From an uncultured Bacillota bacterium (lineage in GTDB: Bacteria > Bacillota_I > Bacilli_A > RFN20 > CAG-288): 64,000 nt of DNA. This document shows positions 1 to 8,272 of this stretch, piece after piece (position 1 is the first letter of the stretch; the number at the start of each line of letters is the position of its first letter). The translations under genes were made by a program, and so were the position numbers. The notes beneath the pieces are model-generated. The model was given only the letters and a program-made list of their open reading frames with translations. It was not told the DNA's origin and made no database searches. The stretch is from contig CASFYT010000007.1 in the NCBI GenBank assembly GCA_949299015.1, positions 12,636 through 76,635 on the forward strand. Direction: 5' to 3'.

Positions 1-5
1 AGAGA

Positions 6-1205
6 CTAGAGGGACGCGACGATGCTGTCGCTGAGCTCTTCCAGCTTCTTCAGGCCGGCCTCGTCGAGGCTGGACTTGATGGTGCAGTCCGTTCCGACGT
101 AGCGGAAGGGTCCTTCCTTGATCTTTTCGTGAAGGAGACGGTTGGCGCTGGGAGCCCAGGTGCCGTTTTCGACGAAGCTGACGCAGCGATTCTTCAGCCC
201 CATGCGCAGGAAGTCGTCGACGAAGATCTCGATGGAGGGATAGATCGTCATGTTGTAGGTCGGTGTGAAGAGGACGATGTGGGAGAGACGGAACGCTTCG
301 CTGACGAGGATGGAAGGGGTCGTCTTGCTGCTGTCATAGACTCGGACGTCCCGGACGCCCTTCTGGGAGAGAAGGCTTGCCAGGCATTCGGCGGCATTCT
401 CCGTGTTTCCGTAGAGGGATCCGTAGACGATCATGACTCCCTTCGTCTCCGGTTCATAGGTCGACCAATGCTGATACTTGTCGAGAAGATAGGGAATGTC
501 CTTCCTCCAGATGGGGCCGTGGAGAGGGCAGAGGAAATCGAGCGTCAGCCCGGAGAGCTTCTTGAGGGCCGCCTGGACCTGGGCGCCGTACTTGCCGACG
601 ATGTTGGTGTAGTAGCGGCGGGCATCGTCGAGCCAATCCCGGTCGAAGTCGACCTCGTCGGCGAAGAGGTTCCCGTCCAGGGAGCCGAAGGTGCCGAAGG
701 CATCGGCCGAGAAGAGGATTTTGTCGGTCGGATCGTAGGAAACCATCACTTCCGGCCAGTGGACCATCGGCGCGAAGACGAAGTGCAGCTCATGGCGTCC
801 GAGCTTGAGGACGTCTCCGTCGTGGACGACGACCTTTCTTCCCTCGAGGTCGAGCTCCGGATAGAATTGCTGGAGATAGAGGAAGGTCTTCTCGTTTCCG
901 ACGACTTGGCATTCCGGATAGCGGACGACGATCTCTTCGATGTTGGCGCAATGGTCGGGCTCCATGTGGTGGATGACGAGGTAGTCGAGCTTGCGGCCGC
1001 CGAGGACGTGGCGGACGTTCTCGATGTATTGCCTTGTGATCGAGCTGTCGACCGTATCCAGAAGGCACGTCTTCTCGTCCAGGAGGACGTAGGAGTTATA
1101 GGAGACGCCGCGGGGAATGGGGAAGAGGTTCTCGAACTTCTCGAGCCTCCGGTCGCTTCCTCCGACGTAAAAAAGGTCAGCGGTAATCTTTCTTGTGCAG
1201 TGCAT
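6..1205 (-). CDS. FprA-type flavodiiron protein (metallo-beta-lactamase-like diiron domain + flavodoxin domain)
   Basis: 399-aa ORF. Diiron-site motif HHMEPDH in the N-terminal MBL-like domain and a C-terminal flavodoxin-like segment (VMIVYGSLYGNTE). GGAGG RBS upstream of the ATG at 1205. Confidence 0.85.
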   Translation of the reverse strand: MHCTRKITADLFYVGGSDRRLEKFENLFPIPRGVSYNSYVLLDEKTCLLDTVDSSITRQYIENVRHVLGGRKLDYLVIHHMEPDHCANIEEIVVRYPECQVVGNEKTFLYLQQFYPELDLEGRKVVVHDGDVLKLGRHELHFVFAPMVHWPEVMVSYDPTDKILFSADAFGTFGSLDGNLFADEVDFDRDWLDDARRYYTNIVGKYGAQVQAALKKLSGLTLDFLCPLHGPIWRKDIPYLLDKYQHWSTYEPETKGVMIVYGSLYGNTENAAECLASLLSQKGVRDVRVYDSSKTTPSILVSEAFRLSHIVLFTPTYNMTIYPSIEIFVDDFLRMGLKNRCVSFVENGTWAPSANRLLHEKIKEGPFRYVGTDCTIKSSLDEAGLKKLEELSDSIVASL

Positions 1206-1266
1206 GGAAACCTCCGTTTTTCAGACAGAACCATTATAGACAACGCCGTGGGGAAAGAGGAAGAAA

Positions 1267-1956
1267 TCACTCGATTTCAAGGAATTCCAAGATCCTTTCC
1301 GGAATCCTTCGGAAATCGGGAAGGACCAGGTCGACCAGGCTTTCGACAGGGGGCTTGTCCCTGCGACGGGGATCGTCGATCTCGACGACCATCCCTGCCT
1401 TCGCCGCCTTGGCGCTCAGGATGCCGGAGAGCGCATCCTCGAAGACGAGGCAGTCCTCGCCCTTGACTTTCAGGGCCTGGATGGCCCGCTCATAGATCAT
1501 GGGGTCGGGCTTTCCCTTCGTCAGCGTCCCGTCGTCGTAGATGATGCGGTCCTCGGTAAACCATCGATCGAGATGGAAGGTCTTCCGGTACCAGTCCACG
1601 TTGGGCTTCATCGAGGCGGTGCAGATGGCGACGGGAACGTGCTCCTTCCGAAGCCGGTCGAGGAAAGCCTCGAGTCCCGGGACGAGGTGGAGATTCTCCC
1701 GGTCTTCTTCGCAGAGACGCTGGTAGCTTTCCTCCTTTTCCTTCGCCAGGGCGAGGACTTCGCTTGGCGAGAAGCTCCTTCCGGTCAGGAAGCGGAGAAT
1801 GCTGTCGTTGGAATGCCCGTGGACGTGATCGACGAAGTCTTCGTCGCCGAGGAGGACGCCGAACTTGTCCTTGGCGAACCTCTTCCAGGAGAGGATGTGC
1901 TTGTCCTCGTCGAAGAACATCGTTCCGTTGAAGTCGAAGATGACGGCTTTCTGCAT
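1267..1956 (-). CDS. HAD-superfamily hydrolase module (beta-phosphoglucomutase-like), possibly also translated independently
   Basis: Internal ATG at 1956 preceded by AGGAGG (plus-strand cctcct, 1965-1970) with 8-nt spacing. HAD motif I reads IFDFNGT, so the second Asp is Asn. A distal ...KGKPDP... segment is typical of HAD motif III regions. Confidence 0.6.
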   Translation of the reverse strand: MQKAVIFDFNGTMFFDEDKHILSWKRFAKDKFGVLLGDEDFVDHVHGHSNDSILRFLTGRSFSPSEVLALAKEKEESYQRLCEEDRENLHLVPGLEAFLDRLRKEHVPVAICTASMKPNVDWYRKTFHLDRWFTEDRIIYDDGTLTKGKPDPMIYERAIQALKVKGEDCLVFEDALSGILSAKAAKAGMVVEIDDPRRRDKPPVESLVDLVLPDFRRIPERILEFLEIE

Positions 1957-2901
1957 CTTTCTTTCCTCCTTTCTCATGGGATCGGGGAAGCAGTTCTCGT
2001 AGGTCTTCCGCAGATCCTCGTAGGTGACGTGGGTATAGATGCTGGTCGTGTTGATGGATTCGTGACCCATCAGTTCCTGCAGGACGCGAAGGTCCAGCCC
2101 GTTGTTGAGCAGTTCCGTGGCGAAGGTATGCCGCAGCATGTGGGGATGGATCCTGAGGGTGAAGGAGGCCTTCCTGGCGGCGTTTTCGACGAGGGCCTCG
2201 ATGCCTCTTTCGGTGAGTCGGCTTCCGCGTCGCGAGAGGAAGAGGGCCTCTTCCGTCGAGCCCTTCCGCTGAAGCTGGGGGCGGAGGTGGAGGAGGTAGT
2301 CCTCCAGCGCCCTTCCCGCCTTCGGGGTGAAGGGGACCTCCCGTTCCTTGTCTCCCTTGCCGCGGACGCGGACGTAGCGTTCCTTCAGGTGGAGGTCCGA
2401 CCTCTGGAGCGTGCGGACCTCCGCGACGCGGAGGCCGCTTGCGAAGAGGAGCTCGAGCAACGCCAGGTCGCGGAGAGCGAGGAAGTCCTTCCTCGCGGCG
2501 GTCCCCTTCAGAAGGGCGCGGATCTCTTCATGGCTGAGGAAGGATGGAAGGCGAAGGCCCCGCCGGGGCGTGGCGATGGTCTCGAACGGATTGTCCTCCA
2601 GGCCCTTGTAGCGATAGAGGTAGCGGTAGAAGTGCCGAAGGCTCGCGACGTGCCTCTTGATGGTCGCCTTGCTCTTCTCTTCGACGGTCAGGGACAGGAG
2701 GTAGGTGCGGATGTCTTCCTTCCGAACGTCCTTCTTGTCCTTCTTCTCGGCCTGGAGATAGAGCAGGAAGGCGGCGATGTCGTAGGCGTAGGAAAGGGCG
2801 GTCCTCTCGGAGTATCGTCGAACCAGGAGGAGGTATTTCCGGAAGTCCTCCAGGTCTTCGTCGTGAACCTGCTTCAGGATGCTGTCCTTCTTTTCGTCCA
2901 T
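1267..2901 (-). CDS. XerC/XerD-like tyrosine recombinase reading in frame, without a stop, into a HAD-family hydrolase module
   Basis: Uninterrupted 544-aa ORF. The first ~300 aa carry Xer hallmarks (MLRHTFATELL, GHESINTTSIYTHV with the catalytic Tyr). I translated the junction by hand and found no stop codon before the HAD part. Confidence 0.8.
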   Translation of the reverse strand: MDEKKDSILKQVHDEDLEDFRKYLLLVRRYSERTALSYAYDIAAFLLYLQAEKKDKKDVRKEDIRTYLLSLTVEEKSKATIKRHVASLRHFYRYLYRYKGLEDNPFETIATPRRGLRLPSFLSHEEIRALLKGTAARKDFLALRDLALLELLFASGLRVAEVRTLQRSDLHLKERYVRVRGKGDKEREVPFTPKAGRALEDYLLHLRPQLQRKGSTEEALFLSRRGSRLTERGIEALVENAARKASFTLRIHPHMLRHTFATELLNNGLDLRVLQELMGHESINTTSIYTHVTYEDLRKTYENCFPDPMRKEERKMQKAVIFDFNGTMFFDEDKHILSWKRFAKDKFGVLLGDEDFVDHVHGHSNDSILRFLTGRSFSPSEVLALAKEKEESYQRLCEEDRENLHLVPGLEAFLDRLRKEHVPVAICTASMKPNVDWYRKTFHLDRWFTEDRIIYDDGTLTKGKPDPMIYERAIQALKVKGEDCLVFEDALSGILSAKAAKAGMVVEIDDPRRRDKPPVESLVDLVLPDFRRIPERILEFLEIE

Positions 2902-2961
2902 GTCGACATTGTACCTTTCTCCTCGCGAAAGGAAAAGGCCAGGACCTTGCCTGGCCAGACA

Positions 2962-5088
2962 TCACTTCTCCTTCTTGGCCTTCTTCTCGTCTTTCGGGAT
3001 GTAGCGGCACTTGGGGTAGTTGGAGCAGGCGATGAAGGTCTTGCCCCAGCGGCTCTTCTTTTCGATCAGGTGGCCGGTGTGGCAGCGCGGACAGAGGGGG
3101 GCGTCTTCGGGGATGACGACCTCCTTTTTCTCCGTCACGATGGGCGTTCCGTCGAGCGTCTCCATGTAGGTGCAGCGAGGGAAGTCGGAGCAGCCGACGA
3201 ACTCGCCCTTCTTTCCCGAACGCTTGACCAAGGGCTTTCCGCAGCGCGGGCAGACCTTTCCTTCGACGACTTCCGGCTTGGGCTTTTCGATGTAGTCGCA
3301 ATCGGGATAGCGGGAACAGCCGACGAACTCGCCGTATTTGCCCTTTCGGAGGACGAGGGGGGCGCCGCACTTGGGGCATGCCCTTCCGACTTCCTTCGGA
3401 GGGATCTTCTCCATTTTTTCCTCGGCGTTGGCATAGAGTTCCTTGAACTCGTTCCAGAAGGAGGAGAGGAGCTTCTGTTCGTCGATCTTTCCCTCGGCGA
3501 TTTCGTCGAGGTCCGTCTCCATCTGGGCGGTGTAGGAGACGTCCATGTACTTCGGGAAGTAGGCGGTCAGCTTTTCGACGGTCAGGTCTCCTTGCTCGGT
3601 GGGAAGGAGGGATCCCTTCTGGTTTTCGATATAGTCGTGGTCGAGGAGGTTGGTGATCGTCGGAGCGTAGGTCGAGGGTCGGCCGATGCCGTTCTCCTGC
3701 ATCATCTTGACGAGCTTTCCTTCGTTGTAGCGCGCCGGGGCCTTGGTGAAGTGCTGGAGCTTCTCGATGGATTCCTTCTTCATCGTCTCGCCCTGAATCA
3801 GGGAAGGAAGCTGGACCTTGCTCTCCTTTTCCTCGTATTTTCCGTAGATCTTGGTATAGCCGTCGAAGACGTTGATGGAGCCGGAGGTCGTGAAGACGTA
3901 GTCGTTCCCCGTGAAGGAGATGGTGGTGATGGAGTCCTTCCTTCCAGCCATCAAGGAAGCCAAGGCTCTCTCATAGATTAGCGAGTAGAGCTGGAACTCA
4001 TCCTTGTTGAGGGAATCCTTGACGCGGCTCGGCGTCAGTCGGACATCGGTCGGACGGATGGCTTCGTGGGCGTCCTGGACGTTCTTGCTGGATTTCTGCA
4101 TGTGGGCGCGTCCAAGGTATTCCTTGCCGAAGCTCTCTTCGATGAAGTGGCTGGCCATGCCCTTGAATTCGTCCGAAAGACGGGTGGAATCGGTTCTCAT
4201 GTAGGTGATGAGACCCGTCGGGACGCCGTCGATCTCGACGCCTTCGTAGAGCCTCTGGGCAATCGTGGCGGTCTTCTTGGTCGAGAAGTGGAATTGGGAG
4301 AAGGCCTCTTGCTGCAGTGTCGAGGTGATGAAGGGAGGCTTGGGCTCCCTGGTCTTGATTTCGTTCTTGATGGAGGAGACGACGAATTCGGCGGGAAGCT
4401 CCCTTTCGATCGTCTCAGCCTGTTCCTTGGTGCCGATCTTGACCGGCTTTCCCTGATACGAGGAGAGCTCGGCCTTGACCGTGCTCCTGTCGTTGGAGAA
4501 GAGGGCGGTCATCGTCCAGTATTCGACAGGGACGAAGGCCTGGATTTCCTTTTCGCGGTCGACGACAAAGCGAAGGACGACGGACTGGACGCGACCGGCC
4601 GAGCGGGACTTGATCTTTTTCTGCAGGATGTTGGAAAGACGGAAACCCATGATGCGGTCGATGATGCGCCGCGTCTCCTGGGATTTGACCAGGCGGAGGT
4701 CGATGGTGCGCGGATTCTCCAGGGCCCGGTCGAGGGCGGTCTTGGTGACTTCGTGGAACTCCAGCCTCTTGGTCGTCTCCAGGTCCAGCTTGAGGATGCG
4801 GGCGAGGTGGTAGGCGATGGCCTCTCCTTCGCGGTCGGGGTCGGTCGCAAGGTAGACTTCGTCGGCCTTGGAAACCGCATTCTTGAGCTCGCGCACGACG
4901 CCTTCCTTATCCTTGGAGATCACGTAGCGCGGGGCGAAGTCGTTCTCGACATCGACGCCGAGGCCCATCTTTCCGTTGGCCGCCAGATCGCAGATATGGC
5001 CCTTGGAGGCCAGGACTTTGTAGCCTTTTCCCAAGAATTTTCCAATCGTGACGCTTTTGTGCGGCGATTCGACAATGATCAATTTCAT
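2962..5088 (-). CDS. topA: DNA topoisomerase I
   Basis: Toprim N-terminus MKLIIVESPHK. Long type IA core. Several C-terminal Cys4 zinc-ribbon repeats (CPKCG..C..C, CPRCG.., CPRCH..). AGGAG RBS before the ATG at 5088; the ORF-track start at 5109 is probably too far upstream. Confidence 0.95.
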   Translation of the reverse strand: MKLIIVESPHKSVTIGKFLGKGYKVLASKGHICDLAANGKMGLGVDVENDFAPRYVISKDKEGVVRELKNAVSKADEVYLATDPDREGEAIAYHLARILKLDLETTKRLEFHEVTKTALDRALENPRTIDLRLVKSQETRRIIDRIMGFRLSNILQKKIKSRSAGRVQSVVLRFVVDREKEIQAFVPVEYWTMTALFSNDRSTVKAELSSYQGKPVKIGTKEQAETIERELPAEFVVSSIKNEIKTREPKPPFITSTLQQEAFSQFHFSTKKTATIAQRLYEGVEIDGVPTGLITYMRTDSTRLSDEFKGMASHFIEESFGKEYLGRAHMQKSSKNVQDAHEAIRPTDVRLTPSRVKDSLNKDEFQLYSLIYERALASLMAGRKDSITTISFTGNDYVFTTSGSINVFDGYTKIYGKYEEKESKVQLPSLIQGETMKKESIEKLQHFTKAPARYNEGKLVKMMQENGIGRPSTYAPTITNLLDHDYIENQKGSLLPTEQGDLTVEKLTAYFPKYMDVSYTAQMETDLDEIAEGKIDEQKLLSSFWNEFKELYANAEEKMEKIPPKEVGRACPKCGAPLVLRKGKYGEFVGCSRYPDCDYIEKPKPEVVEGKVCPRCGKPLVKRSGKKGEFVGCSDFPRCTYMETLDGTPIVTEKKEVVIPEDAPLCPRCHTGHLIEKKSRWGKTFIACSNYPKCRYIPKDEKKAKKEK

Positions 5089-5168
5089 TGGCACACTCCT
5101 AAAAAACATTCCTCATTATTGAAATGGTGCCAACCTTTGTCAAGCGAGCCTCCCGTCCTTAGCTAACG

Positions 5169-5963
5169 CTAAGAAAAATCTTTCAGCGCATCGGCGATGT
5201 CCTTTCCGTCGAGGACCGGCCGGGCTCCGTCGCGGATCAAGGCGTTGGTCAGGTCGTCGCCGCTGACGTTGCAGGGGAGGGCGAGGATGTCCTTTCCCAT
5301 CTCCAAGGCCTGGCGGGCCGTGGAGGACGTTCCGGAACGGTTTTTCCCGCCGCCGACAAAGAGCAGGTCGCCGCAGGCTGCCAGGAGACGGTTGCGGAAG
5401 GTGAAGTGGCTTGCCAAGGGCTGGGCGGTCAAGGGATATTCGGAGAGGACAAGGCCCTTTCCGCTCTTGCAGTATTCGTAGATGTCGCGGCTCCGTTCCG
5501 GATAGGGATTGTCGATTCCGGAGCCGAGGATGCCGACGACGGGCAGTCCCTGTTCCATGGCGGTCCGCATCGCGAGGGAATCGATTCCCTCGGCCATTCC
5601 CGAGACCACGACCAGGCGGTTTTTCAGCCTCTCGAAGCATTCTTTCAAGAGCGCGGGGATGGCCCCCTTCTGATAGTCGTTGGGATGTCGGGTTCCCACG
5701 ACCGTCATCCTCGGTCCCTTCTTCAGTAAGTCGACGTTGCCATAATAGTATAAAAGGAAGGGAGGCTGATGGATGATCTTGAAGTAGTCGGGATAGTCTT
5801 CGTCGGTCAGGCAGAGAAAAGGGGCCTTTTCCTTTTCGATTTCCTGCCGGAAGGCCTCGTCGCTGAAGTGGATCTTCTTGGCGACGATGTCGTAGATCTG
5901 CTTCCACTCCCCATCGCAATGGATGGAAAGGGCCAGGATGATGTCTCGGGCTTGAAAGTGCAT
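5169..5963 (-). CDS. dprA: DNA processing protein DprA (Smf)
   Basis: Rossmann-like DprA core (VVSGMAEGIDS...AH, GGTSSTA-like segment). GGAGG RBS 8 nt before the ATG at 5963; the ORF-track start at 5978 is a GTG. Confidence 0.9.
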   Translation of the reverse strand: MHFQARDIILALSIHCDGEWKQIYDIVAKKIHFSDEAFRQEIEKEKAPFLCLTDEDYPDYFKIIHQPPFLLYYYGNVDLLKKGPRMTVVGTRHPNDYQKGAIPALLKECFERLKNRLVVVSGMAEGIDSLAMRTAMEQGLPVVGILGSGIDNPYPERSRDIYEYCKSGKGLVLSEYPLTAQPLASHFTFRNRLLAACGDLLFVGGGKNRSGTSSTARQALEMGKDILALPCNVSGDDLTNALIRDGARPVLDGKDIADALKDFS

Positions 5964-6007
5964 GTTTTCTTCCTCCACCTATCATTGCCGGCGAAGGAAG
6001 GAAATGT

Positions 6008-6664
6008 TTACCGATCGTCGAAGAGCGAAAGCTGCTTGATGCCCAGGGAGGCTTCCCGGACGGGTGAAAACGAAAGGCGATGAATGCCGGGAAGAGGACC
6101 GTATTTCTCGAGCGCTTCAAGGTGTCTTTTCGTTCCATATCCTTTGTTATGCTTGAAATCGTAATTCGGATATTTCTCGTCAAGATCAATCATATAATCG
6201 TCTCTTGTCACCTTTGCAAGAATGGAAGCTGCAGCAACGGAAAGAGAGGTTGCATCGCCCTTGGCGATGGCGAGGGTCTCGATGTCGGTGCGGAGCTTCA
6301 TGTAATCGGTAATCAGAAAGTCGACTCGATTCTTGTCCAGAATTCGATTGAGGCAGATTTCCATGCCAAGCCGGTCGGCTTCGAGAATGTTGATCCTGTC
6401 AATCGTCTCGACGCCGACGAGTTCGACGTGATAGGCGATGGCCTGTCTCTTGATCTCCTCCGCCAACGCTCTCCGCTGATGGTCGGTGAGTTTCTTGCTG
6501 TCGTTGATCAGGGGATTGTCATAGTCGGGAGGAAGGAGGACGCCGGCACAGGAAACCGGCCCGGCCAGAGGGCCTCTCCCGGCCTCGTCGAATCCTGCGA
6601 TGTAGAGGACGTTCCTCCTCTTCCGGATCTCTTCGTCGAAGAGACGGAGCGACTTAGCGGTCAA
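6008..6664 (-). CDS. rnhB: Ribonuclease HII
   Basis: IAGFDEAGRGPLAGPV catalytic motif. ~218 aa. TTG start overlaps the rbgA stop by 11 nt. Confidence 0.9.
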   Translation of the reverse strand: MTAKSLRLFDEEIRKRRNVLYIAGFDEAGRGPLAGPVSCAGVLLPPDYDNPLINDSKKLTDHQRRALAEEIKRQAIAYHVELVGVETIDRINILEADRLGMEICLNRILDKNRVDFLITDYMKLRTDIETLAIAKGDATSLSVAAASILAKVTRDDYMIDLDEKYPNYDFKHNKGYGTKRHLEALEKYGPLPGIHRLSFSPVREASLGIKQLSLFDDR

Positions 6665-7502
6665 GGGAAATCCTCCCGAGCGTTCCGTTCCTCAGCTCAT
6701 TGAGGACGAGCTTTCGCGCCCGCTCGGAATCCGGCTCGCCCTTCGGGAGGAGCAGGTTCCGTTGCCGAGCGATGGCCTTGAACCCTTCCTCGGCGTTTTC
6801 CCGCCTTTCGTGACGGTAGCGCTCAAAGAGGAGATGGGGATAGTATTTCTCCAGCAGTTCGAGCATGTAGTCGGTCAAGGCGATGAGCGGAAGGATATCC
6901 ATGCGGACGGAGCCGAGGATGGCGAGCTTGGCGATGGCCTCCTTGTCCTCGTAGTTTGGCTCAAGGATTCCGGGCGTATCGTGGATGTAGAGGCGGTCTT
7001 GGACTTGGAGCAGGGGTTCGTCCCTGGTCTTTCCCGGTCGATTCTCCACGGGAGCCTTCTTCCTTCCGGAGAGCGAATTGATGAGCGTGGACTTGCCGAC
7101 GTTGGGGATGCCGATGACCATGAATCGTTTCGAAGGAGGAGGAAAACCGAGCTTGGCATAGCGCTCTTCCTTCTTTGTCTTGACGCGTGAGAGATGGGTG
7201 AGAAGTTCCTTGACGTTCCTTTTCTCTCGAAGGTCGGTCAGGAAAGGCTCGATGCCCTGCTCTCGGAGCTTGGCGGTCTGAGCCTTCAGGACATCCGGAT
7301 CGGCGAGGTCGGCCTTGGAGAAGACGAAGACCCGGGCCTTTCCTTCCGTCAGTTGATGGAGGTAGTTGGGAAAGGAGGAGAAAGGGGCTCGGGCATCGCC
7401 GATTTCAATGACGCCATCGCAAAGAGCAAGTTTTTCTTGCATATGACGGATGGCTTTCTTCATATGTCCAGGAAACCAGTTGATTTCTTTTAGCTCGTTC
7501 AT
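6654..7502 (-). CDS. rbgA: Ribosome biogenesis GTPase A (YlqF/RbgA)
   Basis: N-terminus INWFPGHMKKA is typical of YlqF. Circularly permuted GTPase motifs are present (SKADL then GIPNVGKST). The likely start is the ATG at 7502, not the ORF-track 7604. Confidence 0.9.
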   Translation of the reverse strand: MNELKEINWFPGHMKKAIRHMQEKLALCDGVIEIGDARAPFSSFPNYLHQLTEGKARVFVFSKADLADPDVLKAQTAKLREQGIEPFLTDLREKRNVKELLTHLSRVKTKKEERYAKLGFPPPSKRFMVIGIPNVGKSTLINSLSGRKKAPVENRPGKTRDEPLLQVQDRLYIHDTPGILEPNYEDKEAIAKLAILGSVRMDILPLIALTDYMLELLEKYYPHLLFERYRHERRENAEEGFKAIARQRNLLLPKGEPDSERARKLVLNELRNGTLGRISLDR

Positions 7503-7513
7503 ATCAAACTTTA

Positions 7514-8032
7514 CTAAATAAACAAATACATTCCGCAGATCTTCTCCACGAAGGAAGGGACTTCCTCCGTCGGAATGTCGAAGACGATGGACATCTCGTC
7601 GCACAAGAGGGAAGTCAGGTTTTTCAAAAGCCTCGTATCGAAATCGGAGAAGGGCTTGTTCAGCTTCCTCCGCTCCTCTCGATAGGCGAGAAGGGTCCGG
7701 ATGACGCGAAGGATGTCCAGTCGGTTGCCCGAGCTGATGATGTTCTGGAACTGAGTCTTTCGCTCATGGGGGCCGATGGTGGAGAGAGGGGTGAGACTGG
7801 GAACCTGGGAGAGCAGGGCCATCGCCTCTTCCTTGGTCAGCAGCGGACGCAGGAGCGATTCGGCCTTGTCGACGGGAATGTAGCACTGGTAGCCGGGAGT
7901 GAAGTCATAGGCAAAGCAGGGAGTGAGGACAAAATAAGGTGAGAGGCCTGATCCGAAATCCTTGTCCTCCTGCGCGACGATTTTGAAGATGCGCCCTCTT
8001 TTGTCGATTGCCTGACTGCCAATGCCAAACAT
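7514..8032 (-). CDS. CarD/CdnL/TRCF-family RNA polymerase-binding regulator
   Basis: The 172-aa product starts MFGIGSQAIDKRGRIFKIV.., a CarD_CdnL_TRCF-like N-terminal Tudor-like segment, followed by a helical C-terminal half. Strong AAGGGAGG RBS before the ATG at 8032. Confidence 0.7.
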   Translation of the reverse strand: MFGIGSQAIDKRGRIFKIVAQEDKDFGSGLSPYFVLTPCFAYDFTPGYQCYIPVDKAESLLRPLLTKEEAMALLSQVPSLTPLSTIGPHERKTQFQNIISSGNRLDILRVIRTLLAYREERRKLNKPFSDFDTRLLKNLTSLLCDEMSIVFDIPTEEVPSFVEKICGMYLFI

Positions 8033-8272
8033 GGAACCTCCCTTCAACGGTCGAATTCTTTCGGACGATGCCGAAACAAACTCAATCGGACGACAACCTA
8101 TTTTAGCATTTTTTCTCCCTTTCTTTCTATCGGGAAAATGGGCGAAACCAGCGGTTTCGTCCAAAAGGCGACTTCTCCTTTCCTCTATGGAAAAGCCGAA
8201 GGGTTTTGCTTACAATAGCCATTGGGTTGATTGCCCGAAATCTTTTCAGGTTTTTCTCAAAGGGAGGGACCC

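Noticed and set aside
1573-3981. 802-aa plus-strand ORF spanning the xerC-like and topA regions.
   Set aside because: It is antisense to two well-supported genes and crosses their intergenic gap. The composition is typical of a shadow ORF.
5140-6189. 349-aa minus-strand ORF overlapping dprA in another frame.
   Set aside because: It is an out-of-frame overlap with dprA and rnhB. The product is proline- and arginine-rich nonsense.
8165-8272. Possible c-di-AMP (ydaO/kimA-type) or other riboswitch upstream of the ATPase-trkA operon.
   Set aside because: The leader is only ~108 nt and lacks the conserved ydaO-type ACGGGG/CCGA elements as I remember them. No terminator or antiterminator alternative is evident.
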